DNA of 64,000 nucleotides from Candidatus Heimdallarchaeota archaeon (GCA_018238155.1 JABCTZ010000007.1:130896-194895), one strand, 5' to 3'; positions 1 to 13,936 are shown, counted from the stretch's first letter. Made by a program: numbers and translations. The notes: generated by a model from the letters alone, not told the origin.

Positions 1-525
1 AACGGTGAAAGTAGAACTAATGTAAAGAGTCCGAATACTAATTTTGCTATTCTCGTAACCTGCAATTTTACTGAGCCATTTAATCAACCCATTCAATATG
101 CAAAACATGTTGCATACCTTTCGAACATGCTCTCAGGTGGGAATTCCGTTTTAGTACAACGATTTGAAGATTTGAAGAATGGTCGACGTTCAACACCTGC
201 TAGATTAGCTCGTTCAGTGATCAAACCAACGTTGGAAAGTGCAATAGCAGGAGATATTACCTTTGCAATGCCAAGTAGAGTAATGAGTAATTTAAGAGAT
301 TTCTTGACTCATTTGAATGTTATAATGCCTGGAATTGATGGTCCAAATACTCTATTATATGCTCCTGAGATTAAGCTATATAGTATTCGAATTGATCTCA
401 CCAAAAATTTAGAATCCAAGGACATTAAAAATCTATACTTTTGTGGTGACGGCGCAGGAATTACTCGAGGTGTTATGCAAAGTGCTATTTCTGGAATTGT
501 TGTTGCCAAAGCTGATAAAAAATGA
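1..525 (+). CDS. FAD-dependent oxidoreductase (COG2509-like), C-terminal part, truncated by window start
   Basis: Frame is open from base 1 (NGESRTNVKSPNTNFAILV...). C-terminal NLYFCGDGAGITRGVMQSAISG is typical of this family. Confidence 0.8.
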   Translation, partial: NGESRTNVKSPNTNFAILVTCNFTEPFNQPIQYAKHVAYLSNMLSGGNSVLVQRFEDLKNGRRSTPARLARSVIKPTLESAIAGDITFAMPSRVMSNLRDFLTHLNVIMPGIDGPNTLLYAPEIKLYSIRIDLTKNLESKDIKNLYFCGDGAGITRGVMQSAISGIVVAKADKK

Positions 526-549
526 TCAATACTGAACTTTGTTTATTTG

Positions 550-1410
550 CTAGTATTTTCTTTTCTTTTTACTAGCATTTACTTCTTTTCTTAGCGTATT
601 TAGTTTCTTTTCTAGTTCTCTTCTATTTTCTCGGAGATTTCTTAATGTACCAATTAAAACCCCCTCGAGAGTAAATACTTCAGCATTTTCAAAATCAATT
701 GCATCTCTCATTAGTACTATCGTTCTAAAATACTCGCTATCTATAGAATATCCTTCGATATATCTGTTAAATGGGGGAATAATAATATGAATTCTATCCG
801 GTTTTCCTTCTAAAATATTCAACCATTTTGCTTTTACCCAAACCTTTTGAGTTATTTTAGAGCCTATTTCATCACGAAAGGTATACGCAGGATGAGCATG
901 AGCAGAAATAGTTATGTCAGCAGTCCATACATCTAATGCAGGTGATGCATGCCCATGCCAAAGACCGATTGATTTATTTGTTTCTTTTTGCGTTAATCGA
1001 AATCCTTCAGCTTGAATAAGATTGATTTCTTCGGGAATGACTTCTTCAATTTTTCCATCATGATTTCCTTTTACTATTATTACATTTGTTTTTTTCACTA
1101 ATCGTTTAAGAAACTTCCAAATTCTTCCTGCAATTGGGTGTGGTGTTCCATAAATAGCGTCTTTAAAATCACCTAGAAATATTAACGTGTCCGGTTTTTT
1201 TTCATCAAGTAACCGAATGATATCATCTTCTGGTCGTTTTGATTCTGGAAGAATGATTCCTTTTTTGTTTCTTCCATAAACATAACCAATGTGTAAATCA
1301 GAAACAATTAATGTTTTATTCATTTCCTTTTCATTAAACATTATTGCAGGTATCCCTGGAATAATTATTGAATTAGATTGCCCTTTCTTCTCATTGATGG
1401 ACTTGGTCAT
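550..1410 (-). CDS. Calcineurin-like metallophosphoesterase
   Basis: Motifs SDLHIG, LGDFKD, KGNHD, WHGH, AHAHP. Confidence 0.85.
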   Translation of the reverse strand: MTKSINEKKGQSNSIIIPGIPAIMFNEKEMNKTLIVSDLHIGYVYGRNKKGIILPESKRPEDDIIRLLDEKKPDTLIFLGDFKDAIYGTPHPIAGRIWKFLKRLVKKTNVIIVKGNHDGKIEEVIPEEINLIQAEGFRLTQKETNKSIGLWHGHASPALDVWTADITISAHAHPAYTFRDEIGSKITQKVWVKAKWLNILEGKPDRIHIIIPPFNRYIEGYSIDSEYFRTIVLMRDAIDFENAEVFTLEGVLIGTLRNLRENRRELEKKLNTLRKEVNASKKKRKY

Positions 1411-1459
1411 TCTTTCGGAGAATCCTCCTTATTAGTTTATCTAGTAATTATTGAGATTC

Positions 1460-2521
1460 TTAAAAGATTGCAACAAGTTTCACAAATAGAAAATCGATTA
1501 ATAACTCTAAACTTTCACGTGTAATTCCTGTTACAAAGAAAAATTCTGTTAGTTTTTTTCCATCTAATTCTTTTCCAATTATGCATTCTATCCATTCTCC
1601 ATGTGTTTCTTTGAAAATAGCAATTTGGTTTGCAATTTCTTCGCTCTTAAATTCGGATATGGTATATGATTCCATTGCAACTAGATATTGCGAGAAAGGC
1701 ATGTAATAGCGAATATCCACATCCTCAAGTAGCAATCTATCTAAAAATTCCAAACAAGATATTATTCTATTCTCTTTATTTGAGAAATCAATTACAACAT
1801 CTAAAATTCTTGATAATATATCTAATCCAATTTGCAAGTTATCTGGAATTCTTCTTTGGACTATAACTTCAATTCGCGTTTTTTCTGTAGAAATACTTAT
1901 TTCCTTATGAGAAAAATCTTCTTTTGACTCAAAAAATGCTTCTTTGCTTGCAATAGAAAGGCTATAGTTTGATTGTTTCAAAGAAATGATTACTTTTTGA
2001 AACACATTAAATTTTTCACTAACTAGTAAACGTGATGTTTCTTGTTTCGGAATAATTTCACTTTGAGTCTTAATCTTTGGTTTCCTTTCTTGTAGTGAAA
2101 CAATTTCATTGTTACTTAATTTGCTTGGAAGTATGAAATTAGCGATTGAAGTTAATAACCCATTTAACATCTTAAAATATGGTCTATTATTACTTCTTTT
2201 TTTACTTGTAGAAATAAGCACATCTAATATTTTCTCTGCCTCAATCAAATCTATAGCTGGTTGAGCTATTAATCCTAATCCAAACTGTCTTTTCTTTCTG
2301 GGGAAATTTGGATCATCTAAAGAAATAGCTTTTGCGAATGCAGTTTTATTTCCAACTTTTCGAACAGAGAACTCATTTGCTCTTATTATCCACATTAGTA
2401 AATTTTCATTACTTGTAACATTTGGAATTTGAAAATTCTTTGGATTTTTATTTCGTATAACCGGTCCTTTTAGCGAATCAAATTCAACAAGAATTATGCC
2501 CAACTTTGTACTTTTTATCAT
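1460..2521 (-). CDS. Longin/uDENN-like domain protein (folliculin/NPRL-type N-terminus)
   Basis: N-terminal ILVEFDSLKGPVI and LDDPNFPRKKRQFGLGLI resemble the F-D-x3-GP and D-P-x-x-R...R-x-(F/Y) motifs of uDENN/folliculin longins. Co-oriented 48 bp downstream of a GTPase-roadblock gene. Confidence 0.55.
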   Translation of the reverse strand: MIKSTKLGIILVEFDSLKGPVIRNKNPKNFQIPNVTSNENLLMWIIRANEFSVRKVGNKTAFAKAISLDDPNFPRKKRQFGLGLIAQPAIDLIEAEKILDVLISTSKKRSNNRPYFKMLNGLLTSIANFILPSKLSNNEIVSLQERKPKIKTQSEIIPKQETSRLLVSEKFNVFQKVIISLKQSNYSLSIASKEAFFESKEDFSHKEISISTEKTRIEVIVQRRIPDNLQIGLDILSRILDVVIDFSNKENRIISCLEFLDRLLLEDVDIRYYMPFSQYLVAMESYTISEFKSEEIANQIAIFKETHGEWIECIIGKELDGKKLTEFFFVTGITRESLELLIDFLFVKLVAIF

Positions 2522-2569
2522 AAACTACACCCAAATCTAATTTAATGTTTTTTTTATTTGCTCTTTTCA

Positions 2570-3529
2570 TTAAATCTTATAGTCATTATAAGCATCTCTC
2601 AAATGTTCTAACCCTGTGCGATTTATGATTCTCGACATTCCCATTTGTGTTTTTGGAAATCCAATTAAAAGTGCTAAATAATCATCTTTTGAACAATTAA
2701 TTCTAGATACAATACTATAATTTGACTCGTCCTCATCCTCAAGTACAATAATCTTTATTCCTCCAACTTCCAAATCTGTTTGGAAGTCTTCAATAGCAGA
2801 GAAAATTTTCGCTACATAAGCAGCAAAAACGGTGGAATTTTCTACTCCTGTAAATGATTCACCAATGAGTAATCCATTTGGGTCTGTTATAAGAACGATT
2901 TTTGCATTTGTTTGCTTTCGAACCCATTCAGCTAATTTATCAAAACTGATTCTATTTATGCCAACATGTTTAGCAATAACTTTAACAAATGGCTCATGAA
3001 TTGTTTCAGGATTATGAAGTGTAGTCTCAAATATCTTGAATTGATAAATAACACTTGGGAAAAGATGTTCTAAAGGGTCAAGAATTTGTTTTTTGATGGT
3101 TAACCCATTTTCCGCTTCTTCTAGGTCTTGTTTATGAGCTAAAAGTAGAAAGTTTTTACATTCAGGGGAAAGCTGCATTAAATCTTCAATTGATCTTTGT
3201 AGTTCTTCTCTAGCTTCATTTATTCTTTCAATCTCAGATGAATCCACAACAAAAATAAATGTGCTAACATTTTCAAAGTACTCGTTTTTCATCGTCCCAT
3301 GAAATTCTCTTAATCGTAAATCTTCTTGTCCTGGTGGAATGAAAAAAATATATTTCTTTTTTAAGAATATTTTTTCTGAAATCTCGAGATCTTTACTAGG
3401 TGTTCTTCTTTGAGCAGCTTCAATTGGGATATATTTCATTATATCTTGAACTGAACTTTTCCCTGCATTATCTAATCCCGCAATTAGAACTTTCTCAATT
3501 ACCATCTCCAATTCTTGCTCTGTTTGCAT
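2570..3529 (-). CDS. Rag/Arf-like small GTPase fused to a C-terminal roadblock domain
   Basis: G1 GLDNAGKSS, degenerate G3 IPPGQ, FVVDSS, G4 HKQD. C-terminal VLITDPNGLLIGES is roadblock-like. Confidence 0.75.
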   Translation of the reverse strand: MQTEQELEMVIEKVLIAGLDNAGKSSVQDIMKYIPIEAAQRRTPSKDLEISEKIFLKKKYIFFIPPGQEDLRLREFHGTMKNEYFENVSTFIFVVDSSEIERINEAREELQRSIEDLMQLSPECKNFLLLAHKQDLEEAENGLTIKKQILDPLEHLFPSVIYQFKIFETTLHNPETIHEPFVKVIAKHVGINRISFDKLAEWVRKQTNAKIVLITDPNGLLIGESFTGVENSTVFAAYVAKIFSAIEDFQTDLEVGGIKIIVLEDEDESNYSIVSRINCSKDDYLALLIGFPKTQMGMSRIINRTGLEHLRDAYNDYKI

Positions 3530-4043
3530 AAGGAATCAATCTCATTTACTTTGGATTTTTCTTTTACCATTAAATCATGAATAATTGATTTTTTGTTAAT
3601 GTTAAAGAATACTATAATTTAATTCAGATTAAAGCATTAAAAAACCACGAATTTATTTTTCATATAATAGAAAAATTTTTGTAGGAGTTAATATACTCGA
3701 ATATTGCTAAATTATAAATCATATACAGAAAGCAATCATTTCAACATGAATCAAAAAAACAGGAATATTATCTTTGAACTTAATAAAAACACTTTTTTGT
3801 AAAGGATGTATTACGGTTAGACTATTTAACGTTAAAACCATGTTGCATTATCAATAATGATAACTTATTGACAAAAAGTAGATAAAAGAATTGACAAAAT
3901 GGCGTTTCTTGCATAAGATTTAAAAGATAAAAGTTTCCGCATTGATTTCATTGCTCTTCCAGCTAAAAAGTAGCACACTTCATGATTATATTTTTGACAT
4001 GAAAAGATAGCCTTAGAAGACCGTATCAGCGAGGATAAACTGA

Positions 4044-7000
4044 ATGTCTGAGACCGAAAAAATAACAATTGAGGATAGATGGGTTCTTATTGAATCAATG
4101 GTTAAGGAACTTGGCCTTGTACGACAGCATCTGGATAGTTATAATGAATTTATTCAAAATGGGATGCAAAATGTTGTAAAAGAAATTGGTAGTATTAAGC
4201 CTGAAATTCCTAATTATTATGTAAAGATCAATAAAATCGATATGGATCCTCCCAATATACGAGAAGCTGATGGATCATTAAATAATATTTTTCCAAGTGA
4301 AGCTCGAATAAGAAATCTAACATACACAGCACCATTATATCTCGATATGACTCCAATTCGAGTTGATGAAGCTGGTAACGAAATTCCAAGAGAAACTTCT
4401 AGAGTATTTGTTGGTCGTATGCCAATTATGCTCAAATCTAAAGTTTGCCCTCTTAGTAGAATGACGAAAGAGGAGTTAATAAAAGCCGGTGAAGATCCTA
4501 ATGATCCTGGTGGATATTTTGTCATTAATGGCAGTGAAAGGGTTCTAGTAACTCAAGAAGATTTAGCTCCAAATCGTATTTTGATTGAGAAGAAAACTGG
4601 TAGCGTAACAAGTATGGCTAAAGTGTTCAGCACAGCTCAAGGTGTGCGCGCACCTGTCACTATGGAACGCTCTCGAGATGGTAGTTTAAACGTTAGTTTT
4701 CCATCCGTTCCTAGAAAAATTCCTTTTGTTGTACTTATGAAAGCTTTAGGCTTATCTTCCGATAAAGCAATTGTAGAAGCAGTTTCAGATAAAACTGATG
4801 TTCGGAAAGAATTAATTCCATCATTGGATGAAGCCTCAGAGGTTAGTGATGAAGATAGAGCTCTTGATTTTATTGGCAAACGAGTTGCTGTAGGTCAAAC
4901 AATTGATTATCGAATTAAAAGAGCTCGTGAAATATTAAATCGATATTTACTCAGACATATTGGGACGAAAGAAGAACATAGATTTGGTAAAGCATTCTTT
5001 CTCGGTCAAATGGCACAACGTTTACTCGAGCTTGAATTAGATAAGCGTGAGGAAGATGATAAAGATCATTATTCAAATAAAAGGCTTAAACTCTCTGGAG
5101 AATCACTTATTTCTCTATTCAGAGTAGCTTTTATGAGCTTATGCCGAGATATTAAATATCAACTCGAAAGAACAGCTGTACGTGGTAGAACACCTAACAT
5201 TAGAACTGCTGTAAGAGCTGATGTTATTACTGAAAGATTAAGACATGCCCTAGCAACTGGTAATTGGGTAGGTGGAAAAGCTGGAGTTAGTCAATTACTT
5301 AATAGAACTAATTACCTCTCAACTCTGAGTCATTTGAGAAGAGTTGTAAGTCCATTAAGTCGAAACCAACCTCATTTTGAAGCAAGAGATTTGCATCCAA
5401 CTCACTTCGGTAAGATATGTCCAAGTGAAACACCTGAAGGACCAAATTGTGGTTTAGTAAAGAATCTTGCATTAGATGCTTACATCAGTGTTGGGACAAA
5501 TGAAAAAAACATTGAAGATTTCCTTTATACTCTTGGTTTAAATAAACTACAAAACTTACAATCAACTGATTCAACAAAAATATTTCTTAATGGTCGCTTA
5601 CTAGGCTCACATCCAGATCCTAAGGGATTTGTTAATGATGTCCGAAAAGCGCGGAGAAAAAATTTGATTAGTTCTGAAGTTAATATCAACTTTTATGATG
5701 ATATTCAAGAAGTTCAAGTTAACAGTGATCATGGTAGAGTAAGAAGACCAATTATTGTTATTGACAAAGGAAAGATTAAACTTGATAAAAAACATGTTGA
5801 AAAGATCACTTCAGGTGCTTGGAGTTGGCATGATTTAATTCAAAGAGGAATTCTAGAATACATTGATGCAGAAGAAGAAGAGAGTGCCTATATTGCTATG
5901 CAAATAGAGGATTTAGAAAAAGATACTGGTCATACACATTTAGAGATTGCTCCAAGTTCAATTTTAGGTATTTGTGCTTCACTTATTCCTTTTGCTGAGC
6001 ATAATCAATCTCCAAGAAACACTTACGAGTCTGCAATGGCTAAACAAGCATTAGGTATGTATGCTGCAAATTATCGAATAAGAGTTGACACTCGATCTCA
6101 CATTCTCTTTTATTCCCAGAAACCACTTGTTAAAACTCATGGAATGGACATTATCAATTTTGATAAACGTCCCGCAGGGCAAAACGTGGTAATAGCTTTA
6201 TTGAGCTATGAAGGCTATAATATGGAAGATGCAATCATTTTCAATAAACAATCAATTGAACGTGGATTAGCTAGATCAGCTTTCTTCAGACGATATGAAG
6301 CAGAAGAACGACGATATCCCGCAGGTCAAGAAGATAAATTTGAGCGTATGAGTAAAGAAGTCAGAGGCTTTAGACCACCTGAAGCATATGTTCATTTAAG
6401 TTCTGATGGTATTGTTGAACCAGAAAGTCAACTTAAAGGCGATCAAGTACTTATTGGTAGAACTTCTCCACCAAGATTTCTTGAAGAATATAGTGAATTT
6501 GAAGTACGTGCTCCAATTAGACATGAAACCAGTATTAGTATGCGTCATAGTGAAGAAGGGTTTGTCGATACTGTTATCTTAACCGAAACAAGCGATGGTA
6601 ATCGTTTAGTTAAAGTTAAGATGAGAGATATGCGCATTCCTGAATTGGGTGATAAGTTTGCTTCACGACATGGACAAAAAGGCGTAATTGGTTTAATCGC
6701 ACCCCCCGAAGACTTACCATTTACTTCTGAAGGGATCGTTCCTGATATTATTGTTAATTGCCATGCTATACCTTCAAGAATGACCATTGGTCAAATTCTT
6801 GAGACTATGGCTGCAGTGTACGGAACAAAAATAGGCACAGTGGTTGATGCAACACCTTTTGAAGGAATTCCTTCCGATTATTTAGTTCAAGAAATGAAAA
6901 AATTAGGCTTGAACTATTATGGAAAACAAGCAATGTATAATGGCATTACAGGTAGAAAATATGATGTTGATATTTTCATGGGTATTGCTTATTATCAAAA

Positions 7001-7385
7001 ACTTCACCATTTAGTAAAGGATAAAACTCATGCTCGTGCAAGAGGTCCTGTCCAAATTCTCACAAGGCAACCAACAGAGGGTCGTGCAAGAGAAGGTGGT
7101 TTGCGATTTGGTGAAATGGAACGTGATTGTTTAGTAGGACATGGAGCAGCTTTGCTCCTGAAAGAGCGTTTACTTGAAGAATCAGATAAAACGAACATCA
7201 ACGTTTGTGGTAACTGTGGAGTAATCGCGACTTATGATAGAAACAGAGACAAATACCTTTGTCCAATATGCAAAGGTGAGTCTGAAGTATCAAATGTAGT
7301 GATGAGCTATGCATTCAAATTGCTTTTACAAGAACTAACATCTCTTGGAATGGCTCCAAAATTAATATTAAAGGATATGGCTTAG
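4044..7385 (+). CDS. rpoB: DNA-directed RNA polymerase subunit B (Rpo2), unsplit
   Basis: GDKFASRHGQKG, TRQPTEGRAREGGLRFGEMERD, C-terminal Zn ribbon; 1113 aa. Confidence 0.99.
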   Translation: MSETEKITIEDRWVLIESMVKELGLVRQHLDSYNEFIQNGMQNVVKEIGSIKPEIPNYYVKINKIDMDPPNIREADGSLNNIFPSEARIRNLTYTAPLYLDMTPIRVDEAGNEIPRETSRVFVGRMPIMLKSKVCPLSRMTKEELIKAGEDPNDPGGYFVINGSERVLVTQEDLAPNRILIEKKTGSVTSMAKVFSTAQGVRAPVTMERSRDGSLNVSFPSVPRKIPFVVLMKALGLSSDKAIVEAVSDKTDVRKELIPSLDEASEVSDEDRALDFIGKRVAVGQTIDYRIKRAREILNRYLLRHIGTKEEHRFGKAFFLGQMAQRLLELELDKREEDDKDHYSNKRLKLSGESLISLFRVAFMSLCRDIKYQLERTAVRGRTPNIRTAVRADVITERLRHALATGNWVGGKAGVSQLLNRTNYLSTLSHLRRVVSPLSRNQPHFEARDLHPTHFGKICPSETPEGPNCGLVKNLALDAYISVGTNEKNIEDFLYTLGLNKLQNLQSTDSTKIFLNGRLLGSHPDPKGFVNDVRKARRKNLISSEVNINFYDDIQEVQVNSDHGRVRRPIIVIDKGKIKLDKKHVEKITSGAWSWHDLIQRGILEYIDAEEEESAYIAMQIEDLEKDTGHTHLEIAPSSILGICASLIPFAEHNQSPRNTYESAMAKQALGMYAANYRIRVDTRSHILFYSQKPLVKTHGMDIINFDKRPAGQNVVIALLSYEGYNMEDAIIFNKQSIERGLARSAFFRRYEAEERRYPAGQEDKFERMSKEVRGFRPPEAYVHLSSDGIVEPESQLKGDQVLIGRTSPPRFLEEYSEFEVRAPIRHETSISMRHSEEGFVDTVILTETSDGNRLVKVKMRDMRIPELGDKFASRHGQKGVIGLIAPPEDLPFTSEGIVPDIIVNCHAIPSRMTIGQILETMAAVYGTKIGTVVDATPFEGIPSDYLVQEMKKLGLNYYGKQAMYNGITGRKYDVDIFMGIAYYQKLHHLVKDKTHARARGPVQILTRQPTEGRAREGGLRFGEMERDCLVGHGAALLLKERLLEESDKTNINVCGNCGVIATYDRNRDKYLCPICKGESEVSNVVMSYAFKLLLQELTSLGMAPKLILKDMA

Positions 7386-7398
7386 GAGGAAAAAAAGG

Positions 7399-11338
<3,940 letters not shown>

Positions 11339-11353
11339 ATAACAATTCAACAT

Positions 11354-11376
11354 TAGGGAATAATTTAAATTCCCTA
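11354..11376 (+). terminator. Intergenic hairpin between rpoA2 and rpl30e (possible terminator or processing site)
   Basis: 8-bp inverted repeat TAGGGAAT...ATTCCCTA. Confidence 0.35.
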
Positions 11377-11433
11377 TGTTAAAACAACAAAAAGTTACTT
11401 TGAGATAACTAACAAATGTTGGAGTAAAGTAAA

Positions 11434-11739
11434 ATGTCATTCGATTTGAATAGAGAAATACAAATTATCGCTAGAACCGGTAAAAAAGATTATGGTATAA
11501 AACGAACACTCAAAGCTTCAAAGCTTGGTAGGTCAAAATTGGTCATCCTTGCAAAAAATTGCATGGCTACCGAGAGATCACATATAGAATATTACTGCTC
11601 TTTAGCTTCTATACCAATTGTTGAATACAATGGAAATGGATATGAGCTTGGTGCTCTTTGTGGTAGAGAACATGTTGTATCTTCAATTTCTGTGTATGAT
11701 ACTGGTGACAGTAAAATATTGAAAGCGTTGAAGAAGTAA
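11434..11739 (+). CDS. rpl30e: 50S ribosomal protein L30e
   Basis: TGK..GIKRTLK, LVILAKNC, ELGALCGREH; conserved position after rpoA2. Confidence 0.95.
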   Translation: MSFDLNREIQIIARTGKKDYGIKRTLKASKLGRSKLVILAKNCMATERSHIEYYCSLASIPIVEYNGNGYELGALCGREHVVSSISVYDTGDSKILKALKK

Positions 11740-11777
11740 CACTAGAAAATTTCTAATAATGTAGGTCGTGTAGTGAA

Positions 11778-12218
11778 CTGTCTTCTGGCATAAAAATTAA
11801 CCTTGATGAAATGAAAACTATGGATATATTCTCCAGTATAACACGAATCAGCCCCAAAGACTGTATAATAGACAAAAGACTCGATCGAATTATTTTTCTG
11901 GTGAAACAAGGATACGTTGGTAATGCAATTGGTCGCAATGGAATATACATCAAAAAACTCAAAACTGTTTTAGGAAAAGAAATAGAGATTGTTGAGGATG
12001 ATGAACAACCCGAGAGATTCATTCAGAATGCTCTGGTTCCTGCTTCAATTGAAAAAGTTGCTGTTGTTAAAAGAAAAGATAAACCAACATTAGCTTTTGT
12101 TACAATAAAACGTGATCAAAGAGGTTTAGCTATTGGTAAAGAAGGACGTAATATTGAGCGTGCAAGATTACTAGCTAAACGGCATTTTGACATAGAAAAC
12201 GTTATCTTAAGCGATTAG
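11778..12218 (+). CDS. nusA: Archaeal NusA (KH domains); probable CTG start at 11778 (ORF track starts at 11811)
   Basis: Two KH GxxG loops (AIGRNG, AIGKEG). The upstream in-frame SSGIKINLDEM matches the usual NusA N-terminus. Confidence 0.9.
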   Translation: MSSGIKINLDEMKTMDIFSSITRISPKDCIIDKRLDRIIFLVKQGYVGNAIGRNGIYIKKLKTVLGKEIEIVEDDEQPERFIQNALVPASIEKVAVVKRKDKPTLAFVTIKRDQRGLAIGKEGRNIERARLLAKRHFDIENVILSD

Positions 12219-12254
12219 CGTTTTCCTTATATTATTTTTAAATCAAACCATTAT

Positions 12255-12475
12255 TGAGTTTAGGAACCCGAATACTTTCGGTTAACTCCATTGTTGGTTC
12301 TTTTATAATCTAATCCTTATAGTCTTATACATAAGAAGAACACATAACTTTTGGATTGATACCTCGGCAATATCATCTCCTCGGCAAGAGACTTAAAATT
12401 TAGTGATCTTCTTATGTGCACCTCGCACATACTTTGCTACTATGAAAAGGGGCTTTTTTCCCGCGCCCCTCATTC
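12255..12475. ncRNA. Putative structured intergenic RNA or cis-element
   Basis: 16-bp stem (12328-12343 with 12403-12418) enclosing two CCTCGGCAA copies; further hairpins at 12414-12430 and 12448-12470. Confidence 0.35.
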
Positions 12476-12532
12476 ATTTTAATTGTAGCTTTATATTGAA
12501 AGTTTATCATAGAAAATTGAGGATGTCATTCA

Positions 12533-13936
12533 GTGAGCAAAGTTGATCGGAAAATTGTGCCCAGAGGTTATCAAAAATTAATTCTTGATTTAATAAAATT
12601 CCATTTAGACAAGGACAAAAGTGTTATCTTGGAATTAGATTGTGGTATGGGGAAAAGAGTAATCACTTACGAATTATTGACTTCATTATTTCCAGACAAG
12701 AAAATATTGTTAATTGTTCTTTCATCTTCATCACTTGTTGAGACAAAGGAATTTTTAGTCAATGAATATGGAGGAGTTGAAGGCTTTAATTGGATAGGTC
12801 CAGGCATTGGTAATTCATATGCTCAAAAGATGTTGAAAGACTCTCGAGTAATATTATGTACTCCTCAAAAATTGGCAAATACCCTGCAGAAAGCTGCTGC
12901 AGGAATTGCAGAAAGTTTTGATTTAGTTCTCATTAATGAAGTAGATAAATTAGTTCGAAGAGTCGGTTCCAGAAGGGTTCTTGTATATCCTTGGACGACA
13001 CTTTTTGAAAAATTAAAAAATTCACTTGTTATTGGAATGAGTGGAACTCTGCGAGATTCACACTATATTCTCGATCAAGATCAAATAGAAATGCGTCAAG
13101 AGCTTGATACTCTGATGGAATATATTCCAAATACTGAATTAATTTACATGGATTATTTAGCTGGAACTGATGTTGGTGAATTTACTAAAGAAACCAGTGT
13201 AGAAGCGGTTCCAGTAATAGATTCCACAATAGCTGAAATATCATGTATTATTGGTGACCAATTAAGAGAAGCATATAAAGAAATCAGGTTAGAACTCGAG
13301 AGAGAAAATCCTTCTTATTTAAAGCAAGTTCAAGAAATAGGTCCACAGGCTTTATTACAAGCACCTGTTTCAGAAGAAATAAGAGGGAAGGCCCAATCAT
13401 TGACTTTGATTCGAAAGTATCTGTTTGCAATGGTTCCACAACAGTTGAAAAAATTCCTTTGGAAAATACCTGATGTGAATGCCAATAACTTATCAGTAAC
13501 TCCTCAGAAAATATTGAAAGTAGTTGAAATAGCTCAGTCTTCTAAAAAAACAGTTGTTATTTGTTCATATATAACCACAGCAAAAAAAGTTGTTAGTTTT
13601 CTAACAAAAGTAAAGATAAAAGCTTTTTTACTTACAGGTCAAGTTTTTGATAAAAATGCTGTTTTGCAAGCATTTAGAAATTATGATGGGCGTGCTGTTT
13701 TAATAATGTCTCCTGTTGGAGAACGTGATATTGATTTACCGGAAGCAGAGAAATTGATTATTTTTGATTGTGTTAGAACAACAAAAACAGTGTACCAACA
13801 GCTGAAAAGAATTCGTGGTGGACGTGGAATTTTTCTCTATTATGAAGATACATATGAAGCTAAAAAAGTTAATTCTGTAATAAACACAATACTCGAAAGA
13901 TATCCATGGAGCACAAAATTAATTGATGTTCAATAA
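12533..13936 (+). CDS. SF2 helicase-like protein (Hef/ERCC4-related) with degenerate motifs
   Basis: Q-motif PRGYQ, Walker A-like DCGMGKR, Walker B-like INEVD, MSGT, VGERDIDLP. Confidence 0.7.
   Translation: MSKVDRKIVPRGYQKLILDLIKFHLDKDKSVILELDCGMGKRVITYELLTSLFPDKKILLIVLSSSSLVETKEFLVNEYGGVEGFNWIGPGIGNSYAQKMLKDSRVILCTPQKLANTLQKAAAGIAESFDLVLINEVDKLVRRVGSRRVLVYPWTTLFEKLKNSLVIGMSGTLRDSHYILDQDQIEMRQELDTLMEYIPNTELIYMDYLAGTDVGEFTKETSVEAVPVIDSTIAEISCIIGDQLREAYKEIRLELERENPSYLKQVQEIGPQALLQAPVSEEIRGKAQSLTLIRKYLFAMVPQQLKKFLWKIPDVNANNLSVTPQKILKVVEIAQSSKKTVVICSYITTAKKVVSFLTKVKIKAFLLTGQVFDKNAVLQAFRNYDGRAVLIMSPVGERDIDLPEAEKLIIFDCVRTTKTVYQQLKRIRGGRGIFLYYEDTYEAKKVNSVINTILERYPWSTKLIDVQ

Noticed and set aside
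3865-4068. 67-aa ORF as rpoH
   Set aside because: Wrong strand, and no Rpo5 motifs (HxLVPxH, DPV).
12255-12475. SRP RNA, RNase P RNA or lysine riboswitch
   Set aside because: The hallmark conserved motifs (SRP helix 8, RNase P GAGGAAAGUCC, full L-box consensus) were not found. Kept only as an unknown structured element.
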